A stretch of DNA of 62,616 nucleotides, filler included, from Basidiobolus ranarum (Eukaryota): the NCBI GenBank assembly GCA_040143965.1. It is 15 parts of 15 records of this genome, joined end to end, with 100 filler letters (N's around TTAATTAATTAA, not from the genome) between each part and the next. Parts side by side here need not be neighbours in the genome. Positions count along the whole stretch, not along the records: positions 46,032 to 50,106 come from JASJQH010002130.1; positions 50,207 to 54,277 come from JASJQH010002131.1; positions 54,378 to 58,447 come from JASJQH010002132.1; positions 58,548 to 62,616 come from JASJQH010002133.1; 11 more parts are not named here. One strand, written 5' to 3'. Made by a program: the position numbers and the translations under genes. The notes under the pieces are model-generated. The model searched no databases and was not told where the DNA came from. It was given only the letters and a program-made list of their open reading frames with translations. Positions 48,529 through 60,843 of this stretch are shown here, piece by piece (the stretch's first letter is position 1; the number at the start of each line of letters is the position of its first letter).

Positions 48529-49335
48529 TCTGATTTATGCATATTAACTGAAGTTGACCAAAATGTAGAGTTGCTGAACAAACCATAGGCTGAGATGTAA
48601 ATTAGAACAAATTCAAGTTGAGATGCATTCCAAGTTGAGATTGTTTTGTGAATCTTTCATCTAAAATGGGTCATTAACTTGTGCTGCATTAAATGATTTA
48701 TAGTAATCTTAATGGGTACATTTGGAACAAATCCCAATGTATGTTTTACTGAATGAGCATACATGGAAATGTTGACAACTTTTATGTTATTTTATTAAAA
48801 CAATAATCAGGTAGGATGGAGTACTTTAGAGCTTGACAAAAATTAGTAAAAATAGAGGAGCTGTCCCAAATAACATTGAATGAGAGGCACTGAAAAGCAC
48901 TCACAAAGCTCTGTAATATGAGCTAAATTTATGATAAAAGCAAAGTTAAATTATGAGAGTCTTATATAACTAGGACCAATAGATAAGTTATATAGTTTTC
49001 ACTGTAGTGAACTGATTGTAGGTACTAGTATATTTATAGTTTGCATGTTCAAAACATAAACATGGTTAACAGTTAAACCAATATGGATATTTGGAAATTT
49101 CATTCTTCCAGCAAGTCACATTGAATCCCAAGGTCTAGCTTACTTAATTTACATATTGATAACAAGGTGGGTAGTAAGTGCTAAGGAAATACATTTTACT
49201 TCTATAGGAGACAGGTAATCATTGGAATATTGCTAGATGAGACAAAGCCAGTGAAAGGTTGAATATCAAAATGATGATGTTGATGTGTGAGCCATTGTTA
49301 TTGATTATCAAAAAGATGTAGCTGAAGCATCTATA

Positions 49336-50106
49336 TGTTAAAGCATTTGGGAGCCTGTTGGAAGTGGTTTGGAGAAAGAAGGAAGTTGGTGGTTTTTGCT
49401 TATTGACTTTTTAAGTTGAAAGTTGACATTTATACTTTTGTCAAGATACAACAAACTAGCATCTAGAATGTGCTAAAGAAGGTTCCAGGAACATGTTTGC
49501 TAGGTTTGAGACTTCTACCATAAGTTTGAAAAAATCTATAAATCTGAGAACTTCTAAGTGTTGAAATTGGACTTGTTCCATTGTGCCAGGATTTATTGGA
49601 CCTTGCCTCAGTATGCTAAAGTAGTTCCAATTGAAATTGATCATTTCAGAGGGTGCTGAAATGGTGCCAAATTGTTCCATGTAAATTTTAGAGTACTTTA
49701 TCCATTTTGATATATACAGCACAATCTGGCTCTATCACTGGGAATGAGTCTGTTATCATGGCCTGAGCAACTATATCTTCATATATAGCTTAACACTTAG
49801 TTATCCAATATTTCATTAAGATATTACTCATTATTCTTAATTGGAGTCTGCTTTGAATATACTTGCCAGCTTTGAATTTCTCAGATAGATCGATTTTTTC
49901 AAGCTTGTGCTGGAAGCCCCAGACTTTGTACAGATATTACTGGGACCTTCCTAAGCACATTCTACATGTTAGTTTGCTTACATCTTGACAAAACTTTAAA
50001 TGTCAACGTTAAATGCAATAAATCAATAAGTGAAAACCACCAATTTCTCTAATTCTCCAAACCACTTCCAACAGGCTACCAAATACTTTAACAGGATACA
50101 AGTCCT
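49336..50106. mobile_element. Nested family-2 LTRs: a - strand copy (49336-49558) interrupted by a + strand copy (49559-50093), followed by a decayed PBS
   Basis: Both segments match 48181-48528. The inner copy starts TGTTGAAATT and ends TACTTTAACA, followed by ggatacaagtcct. Confidence 0.78.
49569..49751 (+). mobile_element. MITE, copy 4, inserted 10 nt into the inner LTR
   Basis: att[ggacttgttccattgtgccagg...gaatgagtct]gtt. Confidence 0.78.
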
Positions 50107-50206
50107 NNNNNNNNNNNNNNNNNNNNNNNNNNNNNNNNNNNNNNNNNNNNTTAATTAATTAANNNNNNNNNNNNNNNNNNNNNNNNNNNNNNNNNNNNNN
50201 NNNNNN

Positions 50207-50359
50207 CATAACTATCTGACTAGTTTGGGTGGCAGCAATCGACTCAATTCCGGCATTACTTGTAGCAATTGTACTAGCGTTGGAAGAAGGAGGAACAGCC
50301 ATACCATTGCTGACAATAATCATTGAGACCAAGGTAATTAGGAATGTTGAAGAAACCAT
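50207..50359 (-). CDS. Secreted Ser/Thr-rich protein, tandem paralog 3 (3' truncated by contig end)
   Basis: MVSSTFLITLVSMIIVSNGMAVPPSSNAST, nearly identical to paralogs 1 and 2, including upstream DNA. Confidence 0.75.
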
Positions 50360-51444
50360 GATTTCGTGTGAGTGTATTTCGATACCATCTTTGGATATTC
50401 TTGGTATTTTTATATAACAAAAAGAGATGATAATGTGGCCAATGTTGAAAGTAATAATGATAATATTCCTTGGCAACTGAATTTTGACTGGTAACTACGC
50501 ATTATCGCACTTCGCATAAGCATCAAGATATTCCAAATATTATCGTTTGATGTCTACCAAGGTTTGATACCAATCAAGTCTCGTATAAAAATAGATTCGG
50601 GGAAGTACTATAGGTTAGAGTTACCATGACAAATAGGTACCAAGCATTACCAACTCGAAATATTCTTAGGAGTTTTAACAGCTCGGCAAACTGATGATTA
50701 TATAGAATTGACAGCAGTCTAGTTGAGCAAATCATCCTCTCTTAATTGTTGGAATGCCCAGATAGGAATATCTACAGCTGAAACGTCTCGAATAGCTAGA
50801 CTATTCCATTTCACACTTCTCTTAACAGATCGGACACTACTACTCATCTATATTAAATTAAAAGAGTACGTGAAGCTAGGAAGATGGTGGCAACATAGAA
50901 CTTCGAATCAGTTGCATTGAGAAAGTCATCAACGAAGCATATTATTCTAAAGAAGCCCCGAATAGATAAGTCAAAACTTGAGCAAAGGATATCATTCTTG
51001 TTAGATGTAAGCGATATGTGATGGTTTTTAATGTTTATCTTTCTATTTATAGTGCTAGGTTAATACGGGGACACATAAGTGAGTTGGTAAAAGTTATTTG
51101 TACGATATGAGATAAACATAATTTGTATGATGGTTATTGTAAATAATCAAAACATTGGCCACTCAATAACGCCTTCGCGAAGACTCGCTTTGTACAACAA
51201 TATATATGAAAATCTAGAGCAAAGTCTTAGAGCAATCTTTGAATAGAGTTGAGCTTCAATCACTCCGTTTAAATTCATTATTATTGGACTTTTTTAATGG
51301 CTTTCCGATGAAGTTATCTCTATTTATCGAATAGAAGTCTTGTTTACAGGCAATCAGGCGTTTATTGATTCAAATGCAATAGTTACACTAAAAATTGGGA
51401 GAGCTGTCAATGTATTACTGAAACTATACATATCTTTTTTATGA

Positions 51445-52008
51445 TTATAGTACGCCAGTTACTTCGGAATTACGCGATGTAGTCTTCGATGTCGACCAAG
51501 AGCTACTACTCCACGAAGTAGTCCAGGCACCACCGACATTACCCGATGGTACTGTAGTAGGTGAACCCGTCACTTCACTTGGTGGAGAGCATTGTGATGA
51601 TGGTGTAGAAATGTTATTAGATCCGGTTGCTGATATGTCTGCATTACTAGGAGCAGATGAGCCGATGTCAGCACATGAGGTTACTGTTTGGGTTGGCCCT
51701 GAGGAAATGGAAGATTGTGATCCAGTTACCGAGGAACTCTCTGAGTTCGTTGACTGTGTACCTGACCCGACGGTACTGGAAGAATCAATGCTGCTAATTG
51801 AGCTAGATACTGGTGTAATTGTCTGTAGCGAGGCTGTATCTGATGATAGAACTGGCGTAACAATCTGACTAGTTGTGGTGACAGCAATCGACTCGGTTCT
51901 GGCAGTACTTGTAGCAATTGTACTATCATTGGAAGAAGGAGGAACAGCCATCCCATTGCCGACAACAATCATCGAGGCCAAAGTGATAAGGAATGTTGAA
52001 GAAACCAT
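51445..52008 (-). CDS. Secreted Ser/Thr-rich protein with Trp-rich tail, tandem paralog 2 (187 aa)
   Basis: ATG 52008 by alignment with paralog 1; signal peptide, mucin-like body, 2 Cys, C-terminal GGAWTTSWSSSSWSTS. Confidence 0.82.
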   Translation of the reverse strand: MVSSTFLITLASMIVVGNGMAVPPSSNDSTIATSTARTESIAVTTTSQIVTPVLSSDTASLQTITPVSSSISSIDSSSTVGSGTQSTNSESSSVTGSQSSISSGPTQTVTSCADIGSSAPSNADISATGSNNISTPSSQCSPPSEVTGSPTTVPSGNVGGAWTTSWSSSSWSTSKTTSRNSEVTGVL

Positions 52009-53476
52009 GATTTCGCTTGAGTGTATTTTGTTAACGTCTTTAGATATTCTTGGTACTTTTATATAACAAAAAGACATGACAATGTGTCCAAAGTTGAAAG
52101 TGACTATGACAAAATACCTTGGCAACTGAATTTTGACTGGTAACTACGCAATACCCCACTTAGCTACCAATCATGACTAACTTGAAATATTCTTTCAACC
52201 CACTAAGGAGTTTTAACAGCTCAGCAAACTAATGATTATGATTATATAGAATTGACAGCTGTCAAGTTGAGCAAATCAACCTCTCTTAATTGTTGGAATG
52301 CCCAGATAGGAATATCTTCAGCTGAAACGTCTCGAATAGCTAGACTGATCCATTTCACGCTTCTCTTAGCAGATCGGACATTACTACTCATCTATATTAA
52401 GTTAAAAGAGTATGTGAAACTAGGAAGATGGTGGCAACATAAAACTTCGAATCAGTTACATTGAAAAAATAACCGGCGAAACATATGGTTCTAAAGAAGT
52501 CCTGAATACAAAAGTTGAAATTTGATTAAAAGCTAATATTCTGATGGGGTGTAAGCAATATAAGATGTATTTAAAGGCTATCTTTCTATTTAAAGCGCGG
52601 GTAAAAGTTATATGTACGATATGAGATGAACATAATTTATAGCCAAAATATCGGCCTCTCAATAACCTTGGTTTCAATTCCCATTTACCACGAATTAATT
52701 CCCGATTTTGTTCCAATATTGATGGATGTTCTGATAACGCTGCATCAATTTAGGTCTTCATTATGCCTCCAAAAATGTGTCAATACGCCAGTATTCCAAG
52801 CTTTATACATGTACAGAATTTTCAACATCCACACTCATTTAACGAGACAGTTCCGAATGATTCAGCTTCAAGAGAATCGCTTCGTGATGGTTATCATTGT
52901 AGATATTTTAATCCTATTCCTCACTGATACAACCAAGCATTCCTATTTATTCAGAAATGGTAGTAGAGTGAAAAACTACCGCATGCCATATTTATTCCTA
53001 TTTCAGTGATTTATAACGTGGCTCCTGATCCGTATTAAATAGATAGCTAATTTTTTGAAGCCAGAAGCGGACTTAACTATACAGCATTCAGAGTATTCTT
53101 CTATTGTAGCACTCGATTTGATTTTTGCTCTTTCTTGAAATAACAAATTACACTGTAGCTATGCAGTGCAAAGTATAACATAAACTGCAATGGTATATGA
53201 GAAAATGTAGAGCAAAGCCTCAAAGCAACCTTTGAATAGGAAAGTGAGGATTCAACCAATCCATCATAAAGTCATTAAATAAGTCAAATAGTAATAAATT
53301 TTGACAAAATTCTCTTTATCAATCGAATGTAAGTCACGTTTCAAGCAATCAGATGTTTAGATGTCATGTTTACAAGTAATCAGGTGTTTATTGATTCAAA
53401 TGCAATAGTTACATTACAAGTTGGGAGAGCTACCAATGTATTACTGAAACAATACAGATCTCAATATGCCTTACAA

Positions 53477-54040
53477 TTATTGTACCCCAGTTGCTTTGGG
53501 ATTACGCGATGAAGTCCATGATGTCGACCAGGAGCTGCTACTACTCCATGAAGTAGTCCAGGCGCCACCGGCATTACCAGATGGTACTGCAGTAGGTGAA
53601 TCCGTCACTTCACTTGGTGGAGGGCATTGGGATGGTGTTGGGATACTATGCGATCCAGTTACTGATATGTCCGTATTATTGGGAATAGAAGTCCCAACCA
53701 CAGAACATGAAGCTACTACTGAGCTTGTTTCCGAGGAAATGGAAGATTCGTATACGATCATCGATGAACTTCCTATGTTGGTTGGTTGTGTTGCTGACCC
53801 GATAGCGCCAGAAGAATCAATGCTACTACTTAAGCTAGGTACTGCTGTGGTTGTCGGGAGTGAGGCTGTATTTGACGATAGAGCAGGCGTAACCATCTGA
53901 CTCGATGTGGTGGCAGCAATTGAATCGATTCCGCCAGTGCTTGTAGTCATTGTACCAGCATTGGAAGAAGGGGGAACTGCCATACCATTGCTGACAATAA
54001 TCATTGAGAGCAAGGTGATGAGGAGTGTTGATGGAACCAT
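53477..54040 (-). CDS. Secreted Ser/Thr-rich protein with Trp-rich tail, tandem paralog 1 (187 aa)
   Basis: MVPSTLLITLLSMIIVSNGMA signal; QCPPPSEVTDSPT; GGAWTTSWSSSSSWSTSWTSSRN. Confidence 0.85.
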   Translation of the reverse strand: MVPSTLLITLLSMIIVSNGMAVPPSSNAGTMTTSTGGIDSIAATTSSQMVTPALSSNTASLPTTTAVPSLSSSIDSSGAIGSATQPTNIGSSSMIVYESSISSETSSVVASCSVVGTSIPNNTDISVTGSHSIPTPSQCPPPSEVTDSPTAVPSGNAGGAWTTSWSSSSSWSTSWTSSRNPKATGVQ

Positions 54041-56486
54041 GTAGTTGTTCGAGTGTAATTTGTTAATATCTTTGGATTTTCCTGGTATTTTTATATGGAA
54101 AAAGAGATGACAATGTGGCCAAAGTCAAAAGTATTTATGACATAACTTGGCAACTAAATTTTGATTGGCAAGTATGCAAGATCTTACTTTGCATAAATAT
54201 CGAGATATTCCAAGTATTTTCATTTGCTGTATACCAAGATCCTATAAAATCTTAAAATACATGCTAAAAATCCCGACNNNNNNNNNNNNNNNNNNNNNNN
54301 NNNNNNNNNNNNNNNNNNNNNTTAATTAATTAANNNNNNNNNNNNNNNNNNNNNNNNNNNNNNNNNNNNNNNNNNNNACGTGTGCGTTACAAGGATATGG
54401 ACATTAGCCACGAGTGATTTGAGAAGCGGAACGTACCGTGGCTTCCACCCAATACCTGCGATTGAGCTTTTGACTGCTATAATCTTTAGAGGTGGTTCCA
54501 TAAAGAGAAGAAGAGAAACAGCAAATTGACCTCTTTTTTAGTTTACAGATAGAAAAGTTTGTTAAGCATGTGCTCTCAAAAAATATGACGAGTTATAGCA
54601 ATGAATTGCACAATTTGTCTACAATTGTTTTGTTCATTTATCTCATAGTCATCTTATTACGTTTGCTTAGGTAGTGGCTTAGCTCAGCTGGATTTGACAG
54701 ATTCATTTGTGACAAGGTACAAGAATGAATGCTAACATGAGAGTGTGATGGGTATATAATAAATGGTCATAAATGACGACGTTCTGTCTATATGCATATG
54801 ATTAACAAACAAAGGTGCCCACTGCTCTATAATCTCTAGATGAGGTTCCATAAAGAAAAGGAAGAGAAAAATTTATTATAACTTTTTCTTAAATACATCA
54901 CTGATATAGTCTTTTAGCAGAATATTTTTGTTTAATGATGCCAACAATAATGTCTGAAAAAGAACCGGGTTTTGTCTCAATAAGAGCAAATCATCTCATT
55001 TTTTGTGTTGTACACGTCTCAGAAGAAAAGGTGAATCGTCTAATTTTAATTTTCAGATCATCTCAAATTGGATTTCCAATCGTTTCATTTAGAGTAAAAC
55101 ACTGTATAGAAGTTTCCATATTATTAAATTGTTATCATGCTATTTGAGATCTACAGAATTTCAACCATTACGAATTATGCTAAGAGAATTTCCATACTCC
55201 CATACCCCCTCAAGTAGGTCACATGCAACTGGTGAGGTTCAGCATCATTGGCTAGAGGATGTTTGTAAAGCATTGAAAAAAAAGCTCAAGTTGCAGTGTA
55301 TGTGCACTCGCCCGTCTGTCCTGAAAAAGATAGGCGAGGTCCAAATGATCGCTCCTAGCTGCTGATTTGAACATTACTCAGGGTTGAGCATTCATTCGCA
55401 AGGTACTGCTGCTGTAAGGTGCTGACAAGCATGTTGGTAATATTGAATCAGGTTCTGTCTCCTTTATGCTTGAAGGGTCTAATTCATATCCAACTCTACG
55501 GCATGTAGCCAACCTCACCTACGCTGAACTCTGTTTATACAGAGTGGCAGTGCTTGATTGTAAAACTTTGTTAGTGACTCGGGTTTAATATTGGATCATA
55601 CAGCTTCTTGCATGTGGAAGCTTTTGTCGATGGTACAAATCAGGGCATCTGGTAATTTCCTATGTTCTATTCCAATTTTGTCGGTCATCAGCACTCCTGA
55701 AGCCAATGGAATCCCGAGTAGACGAATTAAAAAATCTTAAGGTTACGATTTTGTCGTCTCTCGTAGATATAAAAGTTTCCATATTATTAAATTGTTATCA
55801 TGCTATGTAAATCATCTATAGATAAATTGCCATTTGCATACATCCTTTGTTGATTTGACGGCAGCTTAAATATTTATTTATGTCATTTTGTGTTTCAATA
55901 AATGCTCATGTAAGAATTGAGTGGTTATGCCATTGCTTGCCGATACTAAATTATCACAATTGGACATTCTTAAAAGATAATTAATGTATTATTTGATTGG
56001 GAATTGTTAATAAACTTACGGATTGTTGTTTGAACGAACCAACTAAATATTGAAATAAAGAACTGCTGGATTCTGACTTTTCCATCAGCTCCTTGATTTC
56101 TTGAGCAACAATTCTGATACTGTTCTGTCCATTCTCTTTTCCTCTCTACAAATTTCTAAACGTCCTCCGTTTTGAAAAAATCTAGTTGGTGTAGCGTCAC
56201 CGCTATTCTTTATGGTTGTAATTGATTACAAACAAGCTGATTTTTACTGACCTAATTGTTTATTGTTTACTATCAAATACCTTTTTCTATTATCAGTCCA
56301 TTTATTAAGCGTGTTTTACCTCTCATACCACTAAAGTACACTCCTCTATTTCTCTCATTACTAGTCATCTTTTTAGCTCTACATAGTTAATTTTAACAGC
56401 CAGCAGCCTTTATTTTTCATTTCATTAGTCATTTTTTGCCACTTTGAGCTTTCCCACCCAGCTTTATATTTCCAATCTTCACCAGA

Positions 56487-58260
56487 ATGGCTCATCATTA
56501 TCACTCTGGAAGCTCTCATCAGTCATATCCTTCACCTACGGTTGTAGGAGTCCATTTTAGAGTTGGAAAGAAGATCGGCGAGGGTAGCTTTGGTGTTATC
56601 TATGAAGGTAAACTTTTGCCTTGTCTTTACACTTCATAAAATATCGTGAGCGTATTGTCGGATGATTTTTAACCCTTGTCCATTTATTTATAGGGGTTAA
56701 TCTTATCAATAACCAGCCTATCGCTATTAAATTCGTATCTTTTTTAACAGCATGAAAATCTACATGTCCGTTTCTTACATTATTGTAATATGCCTTAATT
56801 CGAAACAAACCATAGGAACCGCGAAAAACAGATGCTCCTCAACTACGTGATGAATTTCGAACTTATAAAATCATGGCTGGAACACGTAAGTAGGATATTT
56901 AATAACCTGCATGCCCACTCCTTAGTTTGACTTTTATGTGTAAAAAAGCGGGTATACCTGCTGTACATTATTTTGGACAGGAAGGAATGCACAATGTCCT
57001 TGTCATCGATTTATTGGGTCACAGTCTTGAAGACTTGTTTAATATCTGCCGAAGAAAGTTCAGTGTTAAAACTGTTGCTATCCTTGCAAAACAGATGGTG
57101 TGTGGCTTCCACCTGAATATCAAATTTTTCATGAGACTAACCATATATACGTGATAGATTACTCGAGTTCAAGCTGTACATGACCGTAGTTTAATATACC
57201 GTGATATAAAACCAGACAATTTCCTTGTCGGTAGACCTCACACGAAATATGCCAATTTTGTATACATGGTAGATTTTGGTATGGCAAAATTGTATCGTGA
57301 TCCCAAAACAAAGCAACATATACCATATAGAGAGAAAAAAAGCCTTAGTGGAACCGCTAGATACATGAGCGTGAACACGCATTTAGGACGAGGTCAGTAC
57401 TAAAAAAATCTGTCAAGTTGGTGGCTACTTTCAATAGGTATTAATATCATATATATCTTGTAGAACAATCCCGACGTGATGACTTGGAGTCACTCGGTCA
57501 CGTTTTCATGTATTTTCTACGTGGGTCGCTTCCCTGGCAAGGTCTCAAGGCTGCCACCAATAAACAGAAATACGAGAAGATCGGAGAAAAAAAACAGACT
57601 ACGCCTGTAAAAGAGCTTTGTGAAGGATTTCCAGGCATGTATCAGATATTGTTCTTGATTTTTGAAATGCTTGTTAATCCGGTGTTCCTTATGCAGAGGA
57701 ATTTGGTACTTATTTAACTTATGCCCGTAAACTTGGATTTGAAGAAACTCCAGATTATGACTACCTACGTGGTGTTTTTGATACTGTTCTTCAAGGTATC
57801 CAAGATCAAGACGATGGTGTCTGTGATTGGATGTCAGTAGATAATCGTGGTCGTCTTGAGGTAGTTTTCGTAAAATGGACTGTGTATGTCATGTATCAAG
57901 TAATAATTCTCTCACTTCGTATAGGGACATGATCAGAAATTACGCCCAGCCGATGTAGCACGACTCAATACTGCTAGAGGCACTACATCCCAGCGACATA
58001 GTGATCGTTATCATAGTCAACAAGGGAACCTTAGCCAGGAAGCATCTCGCACTTCACATCAGCTCAGCTCTAATCATCCTAGCCGCACTAGAATCAACCC
58101 TTCCGCTAGCCAACAATTTTTACACCCTAATAACAAGTATTCTAGTAGAGATGAGAACATACGACCTCAGAGGCAAAATCTAGCTGCACAATCTGCGAAC
58201 AAAAAAGGTTTCTGGGGTAGAGTTGGTGAATTTCTTATGTGTAGATCTTGCACTAGTTAA
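56487..58260 (+). CDS. Casein kinase I, Yck1/2 (CK1-gamma-like) type, multi-exon
   Basis: [97 protein letters not shown]. The C-terminus [17 protein letters not shown] carries Cys residues typical of lipidated Yck kinases. Confidence 0.95.
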
Positions 58261-59301
58261 GCTTCAATATCCGCTAGTTAATCTGTTTAACGACGACTTG
58301 TCTATCGTTCACGCCCACCTAATCACATAAATTTATCCATATCTTTTGCCGGTATCTTTCCCATTCACTCACTCAAGACGTTCAACTGTATCTCCAACAA
58401 TGTTCTTGGATTAACTTTCCAACATGGGGATTGTAATCTAACTAAATNNNNNNNNNNNNNNNNNNNNNNNNNNNNNNNNNNNNNNNNNNNNTTAATTAAT
58501 TAANNNNNNNNNNNNNNNNNNNNNNNNNNNNNNNNNNNNNNNNNNNNTATCCAATCCTCTGACGATACTTCAGCGCTGGTTTACTGAAATTCGATGTAAC
58601 ACGCAGTCAGTTCCATGTATTACATTCCCGTAGAGAATATTTTAAAATTTGTTTCGCACCCTTCTTGCGCATAATTCCATGTAATCCACCATTCCCACTC
58701 ACAAATATACCCCTTATCATCATTTGTATATCATGCTTTTTTTCTCAGTCTACGGAGTTGAATTTCTAACGTATGATAGTAATTCGAAGTAGACCTTCAC
58801 CGTTCTCGATCTTTCCAATCATTCCAACAAAATAATTTAATTCGCTAATTGAGGGTGGTATCGGGTGTTCTTTGCTGCCCTAGAAAAACCCGTAGTTTAA
58901 ATAGTTAATAAATAAGCAATTCTTTTACCCTGAAGCCACTGATAGTATTGTTGAAACACTTTTCTCTGTCTCTACCGCTAACTACCTACGTCAATCCTAT
59001 TCACTGTTTCAATAGTGTCTATACAAAGAAAAGAAGTTTCAATTTTGAAGAAAAATACCAAAGTAAAAGCCGCCTAAATGTTCTATTTGCAAATCACATG
59101 CGAGAGCATATTATTCGGGTAAATAGCAAACAAAATTTTGTTTAATCCTGAAAATATCAAATCAACAAAAAGACAAAATGGTTAAACAAAACCAAAATTT
59201 TCTCTGGTAATAAGCCACATACACAGTTTTCGAAATCCCATGCTATAGTATTCATTATATTTTATGTTTATAAATTTGAACCTTCTTTTCTCATCTACGA
59301 A

Positions 59302-60843
59302 ATGCCTTTATCCGCTATGTCCTTTTGCTCCAGTGGACCAAGTCGAAATATTTCGGGCAATGACGAGGCAGTACGCGGAACAAATGACGATGCAACGATT
59401 AGCAAACAGTAGTGTCTTTTTTCAACATTTTTAACTGCTTATTTAAGAGGAGACTTGTGTACATACCCTATTCTTAAAACCTTTAACCTTTAGTTCGGCC
59501 GTAAATCTGGGCTATTTGGAAGATAAATTTACGAAATATTTCGTCAAACGTGGAGCTCGTAGACCACCCATAATCAATCGGGGTAACCTATATTATGAAT
59601 ACATTTCTTAAGCCTCACGGTATTTCTTATCAACACACACTAAAATGAAGACCATCTATGCTGGCTGACATTGACGGCACTTAGGAAGCTATGTTCGTAC
59701 GCGTTGCATAGATAGTTTGATAAATTTATTTATAAATTGCTCGACGGATAAGAAGCAAATTGTTTCTTTAGGAGCTGGTTCTGACACACGATACTTTCTC
59801 CTCAAAGTAATATCCCTAGAAATGAATTTCAATGAAATAGGATATTCAGGTTACGAAGCTTATACCGAGAAAATGAAGAGCTAACCCAGTTTTTTAGGAA
59901 CAAAATATAAACCCACATTTGTATATTGAAGTGGATTTTCCCGAAGTTACCTCGAGAAAATTGGCTACAATTTACAAAAATCCGGAACTGAAAGGACTAC
60001 TCGATAAAGAGGCTACATTAGGTTAGTCAGCCGATTATTATGTTGTTGTAAACTATGATAATTCAAATTTGAAAAACATGTAGGTAATGGAGGAACGGAA
60101 TTATACTCTAAAGATTACCTTCTACTTTCCGGGGATTTGCGTCGATTTACTGAAGATCTGGTCCCCCGCTTACAAGAACTAGGCTTTGATTCCAGGTAAA
60201 AAAGGTATTTGTTGAGAAAATATCTAGTTCAGGGTACTAAATCTTTTATGAATGTATATAGTCTTCCTACGTTATTTCTCTCTGAGTGCGTACTCATCTA
60301 TCTAGATCCCACCTATTCGGATAAGATCGTTCAGTGGGCCACTAAAGAAGTTCTCAATAGCATGTTTATCACCTACGAACAGATTTTACCTGATGATCCA
60401 TTTGGACAAATGATGATTCGTAACTTGGAGGTAACTCACACAGTATATCTAGGTATATTTTACATGTATTTACTCCTATCCTTTAGCTACGCAATATAAA
60501 GCTACGTGGACTTCACTCCCATCCCAACCTGACTAGTCAAGAAGAAAGATATACACAAAAAGGATGGAAATTTGCTCAAGCTTTGGATATTCAAGAACTA
60601 CATGAGCATTATGTAACAGCAAGTGAAAAAGCCCGGTTCGTCACTAAATTATGTATATATATTTCTCTATATACTTCGATTAACATCACCTCCCACTTTA
60701 GAATCGCTAAGTTGGAATTTTTGGATGAGCTAGAAGAATGGAATCTACTCGCTAAACATTATTGTATTGCCTATGCTTTGAACTTCCCCGAAGAATTGAA
60801 GAATCACTCGATATTCAAAGATATATGCTTTAAGAAATTTTGA
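59302..60843 (+). CDS. PPM1: Leucine carboxyl methyltransferase 1 (PP2A methyltransferase), multi-exon
   Basis: DEAVRGTNDDATISK-SAVNLGYLED.F, RRPPIINRGSYVR, QIVSLGAGSDTRYF, EVDFPEVT, PTLFLSECVLIYL, YEQI.PDDPFGQMMIRNL, LEFLDELEEW.LL..HYC. Confidence 0.93.

Noticed and set aside
50360-52464. ORFs conserved between duplicates (50723-50920, 52252-52464) and the N-terminal extensions MPRNIII.../MPRYFVI...
   Set aside because: They start at non-ATG codons and simply reflect recent duplication of upstream DNA. Paralog 1 defines the start at MV(P/S)ST.
54470-55810. Two pairs of ~40-50-nt imperfect direct repeats upstream of the CK1 gene (~54473/54821 and ~55110/55773)
   Set aside because: No LTR/TIR termini or identifiable coding content; probably old local duplications.
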